DNA from: Phyllobates terribilis
Lineage: Eukaryota
Direction: 5' to 3'
NCBI RefSeq assembly: GCF_046119375.1
Contig: NW_027362769.1
Location: forward strand, 392,770,001 to 392,834,000
DNA: 64,000 nucleotides
The notes beneath the pieces were generated by a model. The model did no database searches, was not told where the DNA came from, and was given only the letters and a program-made list of their open reading frames with translations. The translations under genes and the position numbers were made by a program. Positions 27,629 to 40,485 of this stretch are shown one piece after another (position 1 is the first letter of the stretch; every line of letters starts with the position of its first letter).

Positions 27629-29004
27629 CAGGGGCATGAAAAAGTCTGTGCACCCCTGGTCACAATTACTGTTATTGTGAACAGTAAAGCAAGCTGAAGA
27701 TTAAATGATCTAAAAGGCCTAAAGTTACAGAGGACACAGTTCCTGTGTGTTTTAGGCAAAAATATGTTATTATTTTACATTTTAAAAATTGCAAAAGTTT
27801 AGGCACCCCTGGAGACTTCTGTGCTCGGATAACTTTGACACAGGTCTCAGACCTTAATTAGCCTGTTAGGGTTATTGCTTGTTCACTATTATCGTTAGGA
27901 AAGGTTGGTGATGCAAATTTCCAGCTTTATAAAAACCTCCTCTAAACTTGTGCCAAAAAAACAGCAGCCATGGCTTCAACTAAGCAGCTGTCGAGCATTC
28001 AACATGGTGGAGGCCACAAAGCAGGAGAAGCTATAAGAAGATAGCAAAGCGTTTTCAAGTTGTCCTTTACTCTGTTAGAAATGTAATTAAGAAATGGCAG
28101 TTACCAGGAACAGTGGAGGTCAAGATAAGGTCTGGAAGACCAAGCAAAAATGCAGTGAGAGCTGCTCGTAGGATTGCTATAGCGGCAAATCAGAACCCCC
28201 GCTTGATAGCAAAAGACCTTCAGAAAGATTTATCAGACTCTGGAGTTGTGGTACATTGTCCTACTGTTCAGTGACACCTGCACAAATATGGTCTTCATGG
28301 AAGAGTCATCAGAAGAAAACCTCTCCTACATCCTCACCATAAAATTCAGCATCAGAAGTCTGCAAAAGAACATCTAAACAAGCCTGATGCATTTTGGAAA
28401 CAAGTCCTGTGGACCGATGAGGTTAATATAGAAGTCTGACCACAATGATCAAAGGTATGTGTGGAGAAAAAAAGGGCACAGAATTTCAGGAAGAGAACAT
28501 CTCGCCGACCATTAAGCATGGTGGAGGATCAGTCATACTTTGGGATTGTGTTGCAGCCAATGGCACGGAGAACATTTCACGGGAAGAGGGAAGAATGGAT
28601 TCAATGCAACTTAAACAAATTCTTGATGCAAACATAACACCATCTGTAAAAAAGCTGAAGGTGAAAAGAGGATTCTACAAATGGATAATGATCCTAAACA
28701 CACGTCACAATCCACAATAGACTACCTCAAAAAGCGCAAGCTGAAGGTTTTACAATGGCCCTCACAGTCCCCCGATCTGAATTGGAAATCTGTGGCTGGA
28801 CCTCAAAATAGCAGAGGAGGCAAGACGCCCCAGGAATCTCTAAGAACTGGAGGAATTCTCCAAGGAAGAACGGAGGAAAATCCCTCAGACAAGAATTGAA
28901 AGGCTCTTGTCTGGCTACAAAGCGTTTACAAGCTGTGATACTTTCAAAAGGGGGCACTGCTAGGTACTGACCATGCAGGGTGCCCAAACTTTTACATGCC
29001 ACTG
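27629..29004 (+). mobile_element. Decayed Tc1/mariner DNA transposon
   Basis: Imperfect TIRs CAGGGGCATGAAAAAGTCTGTGCACCC and GGGTGCCCAAACTTTTACATGCCACTG, flanked by TA (27627-28, 29005-06). Broken transposase from ATG ~27970 with WTDE, DNDPKH and WPSQSPDLN motifs; several stops and frameshifts. Confidence 0.92.
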
Positions 29005-31352
29005 TATAGTAGTTCGTATTATAGTAGTTATATTCTTGTACATAGGAGCAGCAATATAGTAGTTATATTCTTATACATAGGGGGCAGTATTATAATAGTT
29101 ATACTCTTGTACATAGGAGGCAGTATTATAGTAGTTATATTATTGTACATAGGGGAGCAGTATTATAGTAATTATATTCTTGTACATAGGGGGCAGTATT
29201 ATAGTAGTTATATTCTTGTACATAGGAGCAGTATTATAGTAGTTATATTCTTCTACATAGGGGGCAGTATTATAGTAGTTATATTCCTGTACATAGGGGG
29301 CAGTATTATAGTAGTTATATTCTTGTACATAGGGAGCAGTATTATAGTAGTTATATTCTTGTACATAGGGAGCAGTATTATAGTAGTTATATTCTTGTAC
29401 ATAGGAGCAGTATTATAGTTGTTATATTTTTGTACATAGGGAGTAGTATTATAGTAGTTATATTCTTGTACATAGGGGGCAGTATTATAGTAGTTATATT
29501 CTTGTACATAGGAGCAGTATTATAGTAGTTATATTCTTATACATAGGGGGCAGTATTATAGTAGTTATATTCTTGTACATAGGAGCAGTATTATAGTAGT
29601 TATATTCTTATACATAGGGGGCAGTATTATAGTAGTTATATTCTTGTACATAGGGGCAGTATTATAGTAGTTATATTCTTGTACATAGGAGCAGTATTAT
29701 AGTAGTTATATTCTTGTACATAGGAGCAGTATTATAGTAGTTATATTCTTGTACATAGGAGCAGTATTATAGTAGTTATATTCTTGTACATAGGGACTGT
29801 ATTATAGTAGTTATATTCTTATACATAGGGGGCAGTATTATAGTAGTTATATTCTTATACATAGGGGGCAGTATTATAGTAGTTATATTCTTGTACATAG
29901 GAGCAGTATTATAGTAGTTATATTCTTATACATAGGGGGCAGTATTATAGTAGTTATATTCTTGTACATAGGGGCAGTATTATAGTAGTTATATTCTTGT
30001 ACATAGGAGCAGTATTATAGTAGTTATATTCTTGTACATAGGAGCAGTATTATAGTAGTTATATTCTTGTACATAGGGACTGTATTATAGTAGTTATATT
30101 CTTATACATAGGGGGCAGTATTATAGTAGTTATATTCTTGTACATAGGGGCAGTATTATAGTAGTTATATTCTTGTACATAGGAGCAGTATTATAGTAGT
30201 TATATTCTTGTACATAGGGACTGTATTATAGTAGTTATATTCTTATACATGGGGGCAGTATTATAGTAGTTATATTCTTGTACATAGGGGCAGTATTATA
30301 GTAGTTATATTCTTATACATAGGGGGCAGTATTATAGTAGTTATATTCTTGTACATAGGGGCAGTATTATAGTAGTTATATTCTTGTACATAGGGGGCAG
30401 TATTATAGTAGTTATATTCTTGTACATAGGGGCAGTATTATAGTAGTTATATTCTTGTACATAGGGGGCAGTATTATAGTAGTTATATTCTTGTACATAG
30501 GAGCAGTATTATAGTAGTTATATTCTTATACATAGGGGGCAGTATTATAGTAGTTATATTCTTGTACATAGGAGCAGTATTATAGTAGTTATATTCTTAT
30601 ACATAGGGGGCAGTATTATAGTAGTTATATTCTTGTACATAGGGGCAGTATTATAGTAGTTATATTCTTGTACATAGGGGCAGTATTATAGTAGTTATAT
30701 TCTTGTACATAGGAGCAGTATTATAGTAGTTATATTCTTGTACATAGGAGCAGTATTATAGTAGTTATATTCTTGTACATAGGAGCAGTATTATAGTAGT
30801 TATATTCTTGTACATAGGAGCAGTATTATAGTAGTTATATTCTTGTACATAGGGGCTGTATTATAGTAGTTATATTCTTGTACATAGGGGCTGTATTATA
30901 GTAGTTATATTCTTGTACATAGGGACTGTATTATAGTAGTTATATTCTTGTACATAGGGGGCAGTATTATAGTAGTTATATTCTTGTACATAGGGGGCAG
31001 TATTATAGTTATATTCTTGTACATAGGGGGCAGTATTATAGTAGTTATATTCTTGTACATAGGGGGCAGTATTATAGTAGTTATATTCTTGTACATAGGG
31101 GGCAGTATTGTAGTAGTTATATTCTTGTACATAGGGAGCAGTATTGTAGTAGTTATATTCTTGTACATAGGGAGCAGTATTGTAGTAGTTATATTTTTGT
31201 ACATAGGGAGCAGTATTGTAGTAGTTATATTTTTGTACATAGGGAGCAGTATTATAGCAGTTATATTCTTGTACATAGGGGCAGTATTATAGTAGTTATA
31301 TTCTTGTACATAGGAGCAGTATTATAGCAGTTATATTCTTGTACATAGGGGG
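29005..31352. repeat. AT-rich 35-37-bp minisatellite (~65 copies)
   Basis: Unit GCAGTATTATAGTAGTTATATTCTTGTACATAGG(A/G/GG/GGG); period 35 at 29701/29736, with length variation in the G run. Confidence 0.97.
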
Positions 31353-31396
31353 CAGTATTATTTTATACCATGTGTGGCTTATTCTCTTCTCACCCA

Positions 31397-31958
31397 TCAC
31401 TCTTTTCCAGGCTTAGTCTTCTTCTTGTTCTCCGTCTTCTGCAGTTTCTCCGCGATCTTCCTCTCGTGGCCCGCGGGGTTGTCTTTATTCGTGTTCTCTC
31501 GTGCCTCTTTCTTCGTCCGCCCCTTCCGGGCTGCAGCCGTTACTGTGGAGATGAAGAAGCCTCGTTAGCGGTGGGGACGGCGGTCGGTTTGGGTTGTCGC
31601 CTGTTTCTGCACTCGGTCCCTCCGGATTTCTGGGACTTATAGGACAGATCTGCCAGATGAGCCCCATAATCAGTGTCCTCTATTATGGGGACGCTAGCCC
31701 TTTAAATTTGGAGATTTCACAACATCGCTCTGTCTACAGCGTGTAACGTGACGGGTTTATACACAGCATTATTATACGCCCCCTATGAATGTGAAGCCCC
31801 CATACTCGGGAGCATTATATGGGGGCTCCGGTAGTCGCCGGGGTCAGAGGTTACTTACAGGCGTAGCGGTCGGTGAGGTTGTAGTAGTCGTAGTCATCGA
31901 AGTACCGGACCTCGAAGTCGGTGGGCTGCAGCTTGTCGGCCTGTACGTAGGAGGTCAT
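31397..31958 (-). CDS. NUPR1: Nuclear protein 1 (p8), 81 aa, 2 coding exons
   Basis: Exons 31958-31859 and 31542-31397 give MTSYVQADKLQPTDFEVRYFDDYDYYNLTDRYALTAAARKGRTKKEARENTNKDNPAGHERKIAEKLQKTENKKKTKPGKE*, with the p8 signature RKGRTK.E...NTN...P.GHERK. A donor just after the stop and an acceptor near 27588 suggest a non-coding third exon. Adjacent to SGF29 as in mammals. Confidence 0.93.
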
Positions 31959-32035
31959 GGTGGTCTCTGGGGGTCTCGCTCTGCGGCTGTCGCTCTCAGA
32001 TTCTCCGGTTGTTTTTGTTTTCTCTTCTTTGTCTG

Positions 32036-32050
32036 GAGTTTTATATTGGG
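32036..32050 (-). promoter_or_regulatory. TATA-like box of NUPR1
   Basis: Minus strand reads CCCAATATAAAAC about 85 nt upstream of the NUPR1 ATG. Confidence 0.55.
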
Positions 32051-32134
32051 GAAACTCCGCCCACTCTCCTCCTGCTCCGCCCCCGGCCACGCCCCCACAT
32101 TGCATCAGACTCGTGTTTACATCAGATTACACCA

Positions 32135-33190
32135 GTCTGCAGAGCGTCTCACCTGGAGACTCAGACCCTGTACTGCTCTGCAGAGCGTCTCACCTGGAGA
32201 CTCAGACCCTGTACTGCTCTGCAGAGCGTCTCACCTGGGGAATCACACCTTGCACTTCTCTGCAGAGCATCTCACCTGGAGACTCACACCTTGTACTGCT
32301 CTGCAGAGCGTCTCACCTGGAGACTCACACCTTGCACTTCTCTGCAGAGCGTCTCACCTGGAGACACGCACCCTGTGCTGCTCTGCAGAGCGTCTCACCT
32401 GGAGACTCACACCCTGTGCTGCTCTGCAGTGCGTCTCACCTGGGAAATCACATCCTGTACTGCTCTGCAGAGCGTCTTACCTGGGGAATCACACCCTGTA
32501 CTGCTCTGCAGAGCGTCTTACCTGGAGACTCAGACCCTGTACTGCTCTGCAGAGCGTCTCACCTGGGGAATCACACCTTGCACTTCTCTGCAGAGCATCT
32601 CCCCTGGAGACTCACACCTTGTACTGCTCTGCAGAGCGTCTCACCTGGAGACTCACACCTTGCACTTCTCTGCAGAGCATCTCACCTGGAGACACACACC
32701 CTGTACTGCTCTGCTGAGCGTCTTACCTGGAGACACACACCCTGTGCTGCTCTGCAGAGCGTCTCACCTGGAGACTCACACCCTGTACTGCTCTGCAGAG
32801 CGTCTTACCTGGGGAATCACACCCTGTACTGCTCTGCAGAGCGTCTGACCTGGGGAATCACACCCTGTATTGCTCTGCAGAGTGTCTCACGAAGGGAATT
32901 GCACCCTGGATTGCTCTGCAGAATGTCTCACCTGGGAAATCACACCCTGTACTGCTCTGCAGAGCGTCTCACCTGGGAAATCACACCCTGTACTGCTCTG
33001 CAGAGCGTCTCACCTGGGAAATTGCACCCTGCACTACTCTGCAGAATGTCTAACCCGGATATGCATCACAACCTGTACTGCTTTGCAGAGCATTTCACCT
33101 GGATATGCATTGTACCCTGTATTGCTCTGCAGCGCATCTCACCTGTGGATGTCACACCCTGTATTGCTCTGCAGAGCGTCTCCGTGTAAT
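32135..33190. repeat. 43-bp minisatellite (~24 copies, diverging rightwards) upstream of NUPR1
   Basis: Unit CTGCAGAGCGTCTCACCTGGAGACTCA(G/C)ACCCTGTACTGCTCT; source of the 279-410-aa repetitive ORFs. Confidence 0.95.
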
Positions 33191-34342
33191 AGCGTAGTGC
33201 AGAACATTGAGCCATATTTTTAGTGCACTTGTTCTGATAGCTATCACACCATGTGTTGCTCTGCAGAGCGTCGCATACTGCATTCTGCTAAGGATCATGT
33301 CTCAGTATTCTGCAGAGTGTTGCAATCTATTTACAAGTAATTTGCAGAATATCGCAGCTGTATTATTAATATCGCATGCACGAAGCCGCGGATTTTGACA
33401 GCCGGCTGCGACCGCCCCTCCGTACGGCGGCCATGTCTGCATTAACCCCTCCAGTGCCGGCGAGCTGCAGGGTGATGTAAGCAGATGGTGCGGCGCTGAG
33501 AGCGAAGCCACATCCGGGACGTTCTGACTCCTCGATCTGATCGGCAGCGGCATTAACCCCTGCGTTCACCGGGGCGGGCATTAGCGCTTTCTCCGAGAAG
33601 TTTCTGTAATTTTCCAGATTCCTCCGCGGGGCGGAGCGGGGGGCTGGCGGACGTCCACCGCAAACATGGGAGCAAATAAACAGGATCTGTGGAGTCAGAG
33701 CGCCGGGCGGAGGGGACGGGGGTGTTTGCCTTCCCAGTAATGAGTAACAGCGGACGGAGCGCGTCACATATAATATCTGCTCCAATATGGCCCCTGTCAC
33801 CCAGCTTTCCCAGCCACCTGAACGCCACTGTGGTGTAAGACGGGTGACGGCGTAAAGGCGGCCGATATAGTGGTGGTCACCCGGCAGCACACAACTAAAG
33901 ACGACTGTGGGAAAGCTGGGTGACAAACTAGACCGAGCTGGTGACCCCATAGGGGCGGCCATACTGGTGGTCACCTAACTACTCTGATATAGGAGGACGA
34001 GTGCAGGGAATGTTGGGGGATAATGTGATGTCAGCTCCGCGGACGAGAACCTCCCGACCACGTGTCATTATCAGCGCAGATCTGAGTCACTCCGGGCAGG
34101 ACGCCTCGTCCTCCTCCAGCACCGCGCACGTGACGCTCCGCAAACAACACGTCCTGCAGCCACAACAGCAGCAGCACGTGGCTCAGACTGCTCCGCCTGT
34201 CACCTGCCCCGGGGCCACCGTACTCCGAGGCCTGCAGTCCTGTGCAAAAGTGCTAGGCAGGTGTGCAAAACGTGCGGAGAAGCTTCATACAGAGAAGTGA
34301 TCATAGGTTATTGTTAATAAAATGCAAGAGAAATGTAAATCC

Positions 34343-35125
34343 CATCAGTATCCGGTGACCGTGACAGATACTGATGATGGAGGTGACAGAAGGTCACCAG
34401 ACACTGATGATGGAGGTGATGGGCAGTCACCAGATACTGATGATGGAGGTGACGGGCGGTCATCAGATACTGATGATGGAGGAGAAAGGCGGTCACTAGA
34501 TACTGATGATGGAGGGGACGGGCGGTCACCAGATACTGATGATGGAGGTGACGGGCGGTCACCAGATACTGATGATGGAGGTGACGGGCGGTCACCAGAC
34601 ACTGATGATGGAGGTGACGGGCAGTCACCAGATACTGATGATGGAGGCAACGGGCGGTCACTATATACTGATGATGGACGGTCACCAGATACTGATGATG
34701 GAGGTGACGGGCGGTCACCAGATACTGATGATGGAGGTGACGGGCGGTCACCAGATACTGATGATGGAGGTGACGGGCGGTCACCAGACACTGATGATGG
34801 AGGTGACGGGCAGTCACCAGATACTGATGATGGAGGCAACGGGCGGTCACTATATACTGATGATGGACGGTCACCAGATACTGATGATGGAGGTGACGGG
34901 CGGTCACCAGATACTGATGATGGAGGTGACGGGCGGTCACCAGATACTGATGATGGAGGTGACGGGTGGTCACCAGATACTGATGATTAAGGTGACGGGC
35001 GGTCACCAGATACTGATGATGGAGGTGACGGGCGGTCACCAGATACTGATGATGGAGGTGACGGGCGGTCACCAGACACTGATGATGGAGGTGACGGGCA
35101 GTCACCAGATACTAATGATGGAGGC
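34343..35125 (+). repeat. 33-bp minisatellite, copy A (~23 units)
   Basis: Unit GATACTGATGATGGAGGTGACGGGCGGTCACCA (11-aa period DTDDGGDGRSP). Begins with an inverted partial unit CATCAGTATC (34343-34352). Confidence 0.95.
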
Positions 35126-35412
35126 TTTTGTTCATTCTCTTTGCATTTGCTAGTTCTCTATTAACCCTTCTATGTTTGGAAGTTTCTGACTTTTCTTACC
35201 CTGCAGCTTTTTCCTCGCCTAACACTTTTGCACGGCTCTGTGCATTCACCGCCCAGAGTCATTGCTGGACTTTTTGTCTGGTTTTTGGTGTTTTTCACCG
35301 TTTTTTTGTCTTCTGTGTTTCCTTCTTTTCCGTTGGTCTTTGTGTTCGGGGTTTTCGTTTTCCAGATGTCTGCGGCGGATTCTTCCTTCCTGCACAGATC
35401 TCGTCCCACCGC

Positions 35413-36310
35413 CGCTGATCGCTGGGAGCCGCTGATCGCTGGGAGCCGCTGATCGTTGGGGATCGGTGATCGCTGGGGGCCGGTGATCGCTGGGGGCCGG
35501 TGATCGCTGGGGGTCGGTGATCGCTGGGGGTCGGTGATCACTGGGGACCGCTGATCGCTGGGGACCGCTGATCGCTGGGGCCCGGTGACCGCTGGGGGCC
35601 GCTGATCGCTGGGAGCCGCTGATCGCCGCTGATAGCTGGGGGCCGCTGATCGCTGGGGGTCGCTGATCGCTGGGGGCCGGTGATCGCTGGGGGTCGGTGA
35701 TCGCTGGGGATCGGTGATCGCTGGGGGCCGCTGATCGCTGGGGATCGGTGATCGCTGGGGGCCGGTGATCGCTGGGGGCCGGTGATCGCTGGGGAACGGT
35801 GATCGCTGGGGGCCGGGGATCGCTGGGGATCGGTGATCGCTGGGGGCCGCTGATCGCTGGGGCCCGGTGACCGCTGGGGGCTGGGGATCGGTGATCGCTG
35901 GGGGCCGGTGATCGCTGGGGGCCGGTGATCGCTGGGGATCGGTGATCGCTGGGGGCCGGTGACCGCTGGGGGCCGGTGACCGCTGGGAGCCGCTGATCGC
36001 TGGGGGCCGGTGATCGCTGGGGATCGGTGATCGCTGGGGATCGGTGATCGCTGGGGGCCGGTGATCGCTGGGGATCGGTGATCGCTGGGGGCCGGTGATC
36101 GCTGGGGATCGGTGATCGCTGGGGGCCGGTGACCGCTGGGAGCCGGTGATCGCTGGGGGCCGGTGATCGCTGGGGGCCGGTGATCGCTGGTGATCGCTGG
36201 GGGCCGGTGATCGCTGGGGGCCGGTGATCGCTGGGAGCCGCTGATCGCTGGGGGTCGGTGATCGCTGGGGATCGGTGATCGCTGGGGGCCGCTGATCGCT
36301 GGGGCCCGGT
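35413..36310. repeat. 17-bp G/CpG-rich minisatellite (~53 copies) upstream of SGF29
   Basis: Unit GGTGATCGCTGGGGGCC, period 17 (35465, 35482); 17-aa period in the minus-strand ORFs. Confidence 0.95.
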
Positions 36311-36619
36311 AGGTGATGTCCCGCGGCTCTCCGGGCCGTTCACCATTGCAGCCGCATACAGGGAGCTTTTTCCCCATTTTGCAGCCATAATCAGGGCGTC
36401 AGCCCGGCCTAATGCGATTCTTGTGTTGTGGGTGCAGAGTCGCAGTGTGGCTCCGGCCTAAGGGACTGTTCGCATCCGCCTCACTGATTCTGACGCCATG
36501 GTTACGGATGTCGCCGGTTCCGCCACGTTTACGGTGCTCGTGCAATAGTCACAGCTCTGAGCACCAGAGAATTGTAATATCTGGGGAAAAAACGTACAAA
36601 AAAAACCATTAATATTAAT

Positions 36620-36790
36620 ACTAATAATCAGGGAAACATTCCCGCATGCGCAGTACACCGCCGCCAACTGCACTCCCGGCATGCCCCGCGAGCTCCCCGC
36701 CGCGGTCTCCATGGTGACATGACGTCATCACTCCGCGCCGGTCCGGACGCTCGGTGCTTGTTCTCCGCCGCCTGGCCTGCTCCTCCCGGT
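36620..36790 (+). promoter_or_regulatory. SGF29 CpG-island promoter and non-coding exon 1
   Basis: NRF1-like GCATGCGCA (~36644), perfect CRE TGACGTCA (36720-36727), donor CCG|GTAAGT at 36788/36789. Confidence 0.65.
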
Positions 36791-37109
36791 AAGTGCCGCT
36801 GTTCTGTGTCGCGATATTATTGCCTCCTGTGTCGTGATATATAACGGTCCACCTCCCGGCCCTGAGCTAGTAATCCTGATGGATCAGCAGTGTGAGGAGG
36901 ACGCGCTGGGCGGCTTGTCCGCCGATATGGCGCTGTATGTATCGCGATATAGCACGAGTCTGGATGGTTAATGATGGTGTGATATCGGGATTATTATGTG
37001 AACGAGCTGTGATGGCGGCAATGTGACGGATGCGGGGGACTACAAGCCTCAGCATTCCCTGGTCGCGTGTTATAGATCATGAGACAATGTATGTATCAAT
37101 TTATTGTGG

Positions 37110-37362
37110 CTGCAGAACTACAACTCCCAGCATGCACCAATGTACAAGCGGCTGTCAGAGCATGCTGGGAGTTGTAGTCTTGGCAGTGCTGAGGGGCTGT
37201 GAGCTGGAGGAGCATGCTGGGAGTTGTAGTCTTGGCAGTGCTGAGGGGCTGTGAGCTGGAGGAGTATGCTGGGAGTTGTAGTCGGGGCTGTGAGCTGGAG
37301 GAGCATGCTGGGAGTTGTAGTCGGGGCTGTGAGCTGGAGGAGCATGCTGGGAGTTGTAGTCT
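37110..37362. repeat. Short repeat cluster built on GCATGCTGGGAGTTGTAGT (39- and 52-bp units) in SGF29 intron 1
   Basis: Four direct copies of GCATGCTGGGAGTTGTAGT (one with a mismatch), preceded by an inverted copy ACTACAACTCCCAGCATGC (~37118). Confidence 0.8.
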
Positions 37363-37504
37363 TGGCACAGTTGCAGTGTGGTGGGTTGTGGGCGTCTCGT
37401 GCACCGTTCTCCCCCCGCGATCAGTTTTTGCTCTTCGTCTCTGTGAATATTATCGTCATCACCTTCTGTTTCTTCCTCTCACAAGCACGATAAAGGAGGC
37501 GGAG

Positions 37505-39864
37505 ATGGCGCTGGTGTCGGCCGACACGAAGATATCGGAGCTGCTGAGCGAACTGCATCAGCTGATAAAGCAGACGCAGGTGGGGCAGCATTCAGTGCCA
37601 CCTTCACTCGTACAGGTGGAGTCTGCAGCCTCCTGATGGGGCTGATTATTTCCCTGTCGTGCTCCAAAATCGTAAACTGCGCAGTTCTCAGCCACACCAC
37701 GCCCTCGCACCCTGCACAGTCCATGTGGAAACTTATCTGAGAGGGTCTGTCTGCTGCTGACTCCCCCCGGTCGGTGTGAGCCGACTCTGACTCCCCCCGT
37801 ATGGTGGCCGTGCACTCACTCACCTGCTGCTCCCGTTCATTTTCAGGAGGAGCGATCGAGGAGCGAACACAACCTGGTGAATATCCAGAAAACGCACGAA
37901 CGGATGCAGACCGAGAACAAGAGTGAGTGGAGCGGCCGGAGGGACGACCCTGCTTCCTTACAGTTTCCATCAGCCGGGAGAGGCTGGGGGTTGTAGTTTG
38001 TCAGCTCCTCCCCTCTGACTCCTGCAGGGAAATATCTGAGTGACTACCGTCTCGCTCCCTAATTTCCGCGAATACTGGAACCTTGTTACCGCCACTCACT
38101 TTAAAGAGTTAATGGTGTAATTTCCTGATATGGTTCCTGTGTTCTGTCTCCTCAGTCTCCCCGTATTATCGCACCAAACTGCGCGGTCTCTACTCCACAG
38201 CCAAGGCCGACGCCGAGGCAGAATGCAAGTGAGTGAGAGTCCAGGGGTCATCACAGGGTGTGTCAAAGGGGATCCTGAAACCATGTGGGTCCTGGTGATC
38301 ATCTATTGCCCCCAGGGGAAGCAGCTGCCATGGATTCCTGTGTACGGTCTGTGATGCCCAAGGGGCTACACACCGGCCCTGATCCCATAATTTGTGATGC
38401 TGTACTCTGCCTTATGGAAGGCGCTGTCGATCCCCTCGTGACCCCGGCCCTGACTCGCTACTTTCTTCTCCCTTCAGTATTCTGCGTAGATCATTAGATA
38501 AAATAGCGGAGATCAAGTCCTTGCTGGAGGAGCGGCGCATTGGTGAGTACCGCGACTGCAGCCGAACTCTGTAAATGCGGAGCACCATCTGAATATTGTG
38601 TCTGCCGCACGGTCTTCTTCTCTCTGCTGCCGATGTGCAGAGGTTTCCCGACTCTCCGCTCCATTACATCTCTCTTTCCAGCTGCCAAGATCGCCGGCCT
38701 GTATCACGACTCTGAGCCGCCTCGGAAGACCATGAGGCGCGGGGTGCTGATGACCCTCCTGCAGCAGTCGGCCATGACCCTGCCCCTGTGGATCGGGAAG
38801 CCTGGGGAGAAGTGAGTGTGCGCTCGCCGGAGTGTGAGCCGCTGTGTGGCCGCTATGACGCTTGTCGTCTCCCCTGCCCAGGCCCCCTCCTCTGTGTGGA
38901 GCGATCCCAGCATCCAGCGATTACGTAGCCAAACCCGGAGACAAGGTGGCCGCTCGGGTGAAGGCGGTGGACGGGGACGAGCAGTGGATCCTGGCCGAGG
39001 TGGTCAGCTACAGTCACACTGCCAACAAGTAGGTCCCTGTTCTAGTCCAAGGTGGGCAGCGCTGGCATGGGACCGGGCGTTAGTTAACCCCTTCAATCTA
39101 TTCCAGGTACGAGGTGGATGACATCGATGAGGAAGGAAAGGAGTAAGTGTCACATGATCGGCATGAAGAGAAGAACTGTGTGGTCACGGCCTCATGTCCT
39201 CTCCACTCACATCCAAAGCTGCACCCATAAGCCTGCTGAGAAGATCCCATGATGCCCTTCTCCCCGTGAGATGCAATTGTTTGTGACTGCAGCTCTGGTT
39301 GTGACTGGAGTACCCGTTAGTAGGGCTGACACTGCTTCCTATATCTGGATGTCCCCTCACATGAGTCTGGTCCCTCCGCCAGGCGTCACACCCTCAGTCG
39401 CCGGAGGATCATCCCTCTGCCACAGTGGAAAGCGAACCCTGAGACGGACCCGGAGGCTCTGTTCCAGAAAGATCAGCTGGTGCTGGCTCTGTACCCCCAG
39501 ACCACCTGCTTCTACCGAGCCCTGATCCACACACCCCCACAACGGGTGAGTGCATGGCTGGCAGGGACCAGAGGGATTACCAGGAAGAGCTAAGGGAGGG
39601 AAGGGCTGATGAATAAGCGTTATGGCTGCTCATGGTCGGTGCAGGCAGCTGCTTCCGGTCTGTAGGACTAACCTGCACACGGGCGATGTGGGGCCTCCGT
39701 TTTGGCCAGGATGTTCACTATTAACCCTTTCCTTGCTGTATCCTCAGCCCCAGGACGACTACTCCGTGCTGTTTGAAGACACGTCCTACGCCGATGGCTA
39801 CTCTCCCCCCCTCAATGTTGCCCAGAGATACGTGGTGGCCTGCAAGGAGCCAAAGAAAAAGTGA
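37505..39864 (+). CDS. SGF29: SAGA-associated factor 29 (tandem Tudor H3K4me reader), 293 aa, 9 coding exons
   Basis: Exons 37505-37579, 37847-37922, 38156-38228, 38478-38542, 38682-38811, 38882-39028, 39107-39142, 39383-39545, 39748-39864 total 882 nt. Reads MALVSADTKISELLSELHQLIKQTQEERSRSEHNLVNIQKTHERMQ...RVIPLPQWKANPETDPEALF-type Tudor text...YVVACKEPKKK*. Confidence 0.97.
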
Positions 39865-40334
39865 GACCATCACTGAGCGTGGGGGAGAAAGTGACTTCTT
39901 GGGGGGGGATTATCATTGTTTTTATTTTTGGGGGGCCATGAAATGACCCTTTATTCCAGTGAATTTTGTTACAAGGTGAAATAAACAGCAGCTTTTATTC
40001 TTCATAGGGGGCAGTGTGGAATTTCTTTCCCCCATCAGTGTTATGGGCACAATAGTAAGAGGTGGCGGCTGAGGGTGTTTACAGCAGTGGTCGGGGGCTT
40101 TATAAGATTCTGTCACAAGAATCGAAATCCCCTGAAGTGTTCATGGCAGTAGGAAAGATAAATGATGACCCCGATCAATTAGTCTAAGGGGGGATAATAA
40201 TAATAAAAAAATGCTTTCAGCTGCCGTGGATTGTGACTCTATTCCACTCGTGACAAGGGTCTGAGCGGCTCGACCCTCGGACTGACGGGTGCGGTGCTGG
40301 TGGCAGAAAAGGGCCTCCGACTGTTCACAACAAG

Positions 40335-40485
40335 CCCAGGCGCTCGGTGCATCAGGGCGGCCAAACATTTAAGGGCACCCTCCCACCATCTCTGCTCCCC
40401 TCCCTGTTCTTTGATATGACAGCAGAAGGGCAGAGATGGCAGAAGGCTGCGCTGACCGCGCCATGATGCACCGAGCGCCTGGGGA
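40335..40485. mobile_element. Small MITE-like hairpin element
   Basis: CCAGGCGCTCGGTGCATCA (~40337) and its reverse complement TGATGCACCGAGCGCCTGG (~40465), about 110 nt apart. No TSD established. Confidence 0.45.

Noticed and set aside
33200-34320. 202-aa and other GC-rich ORFs between NUPR1 and SGF29
   Set aside because: No recognisable domain or consistent exon structure; more likely CpG-rich regulatory DNA.
34314-36388. DTDDGGDGRSP and PPAITGPQRS repeat ORFs as mucin- or dentin-like proteins
   Set aside because: They are translations of 33-bp and 17-bp minisatellites, and the same 33-bp family recurs inverted inside an SLX1 intron.
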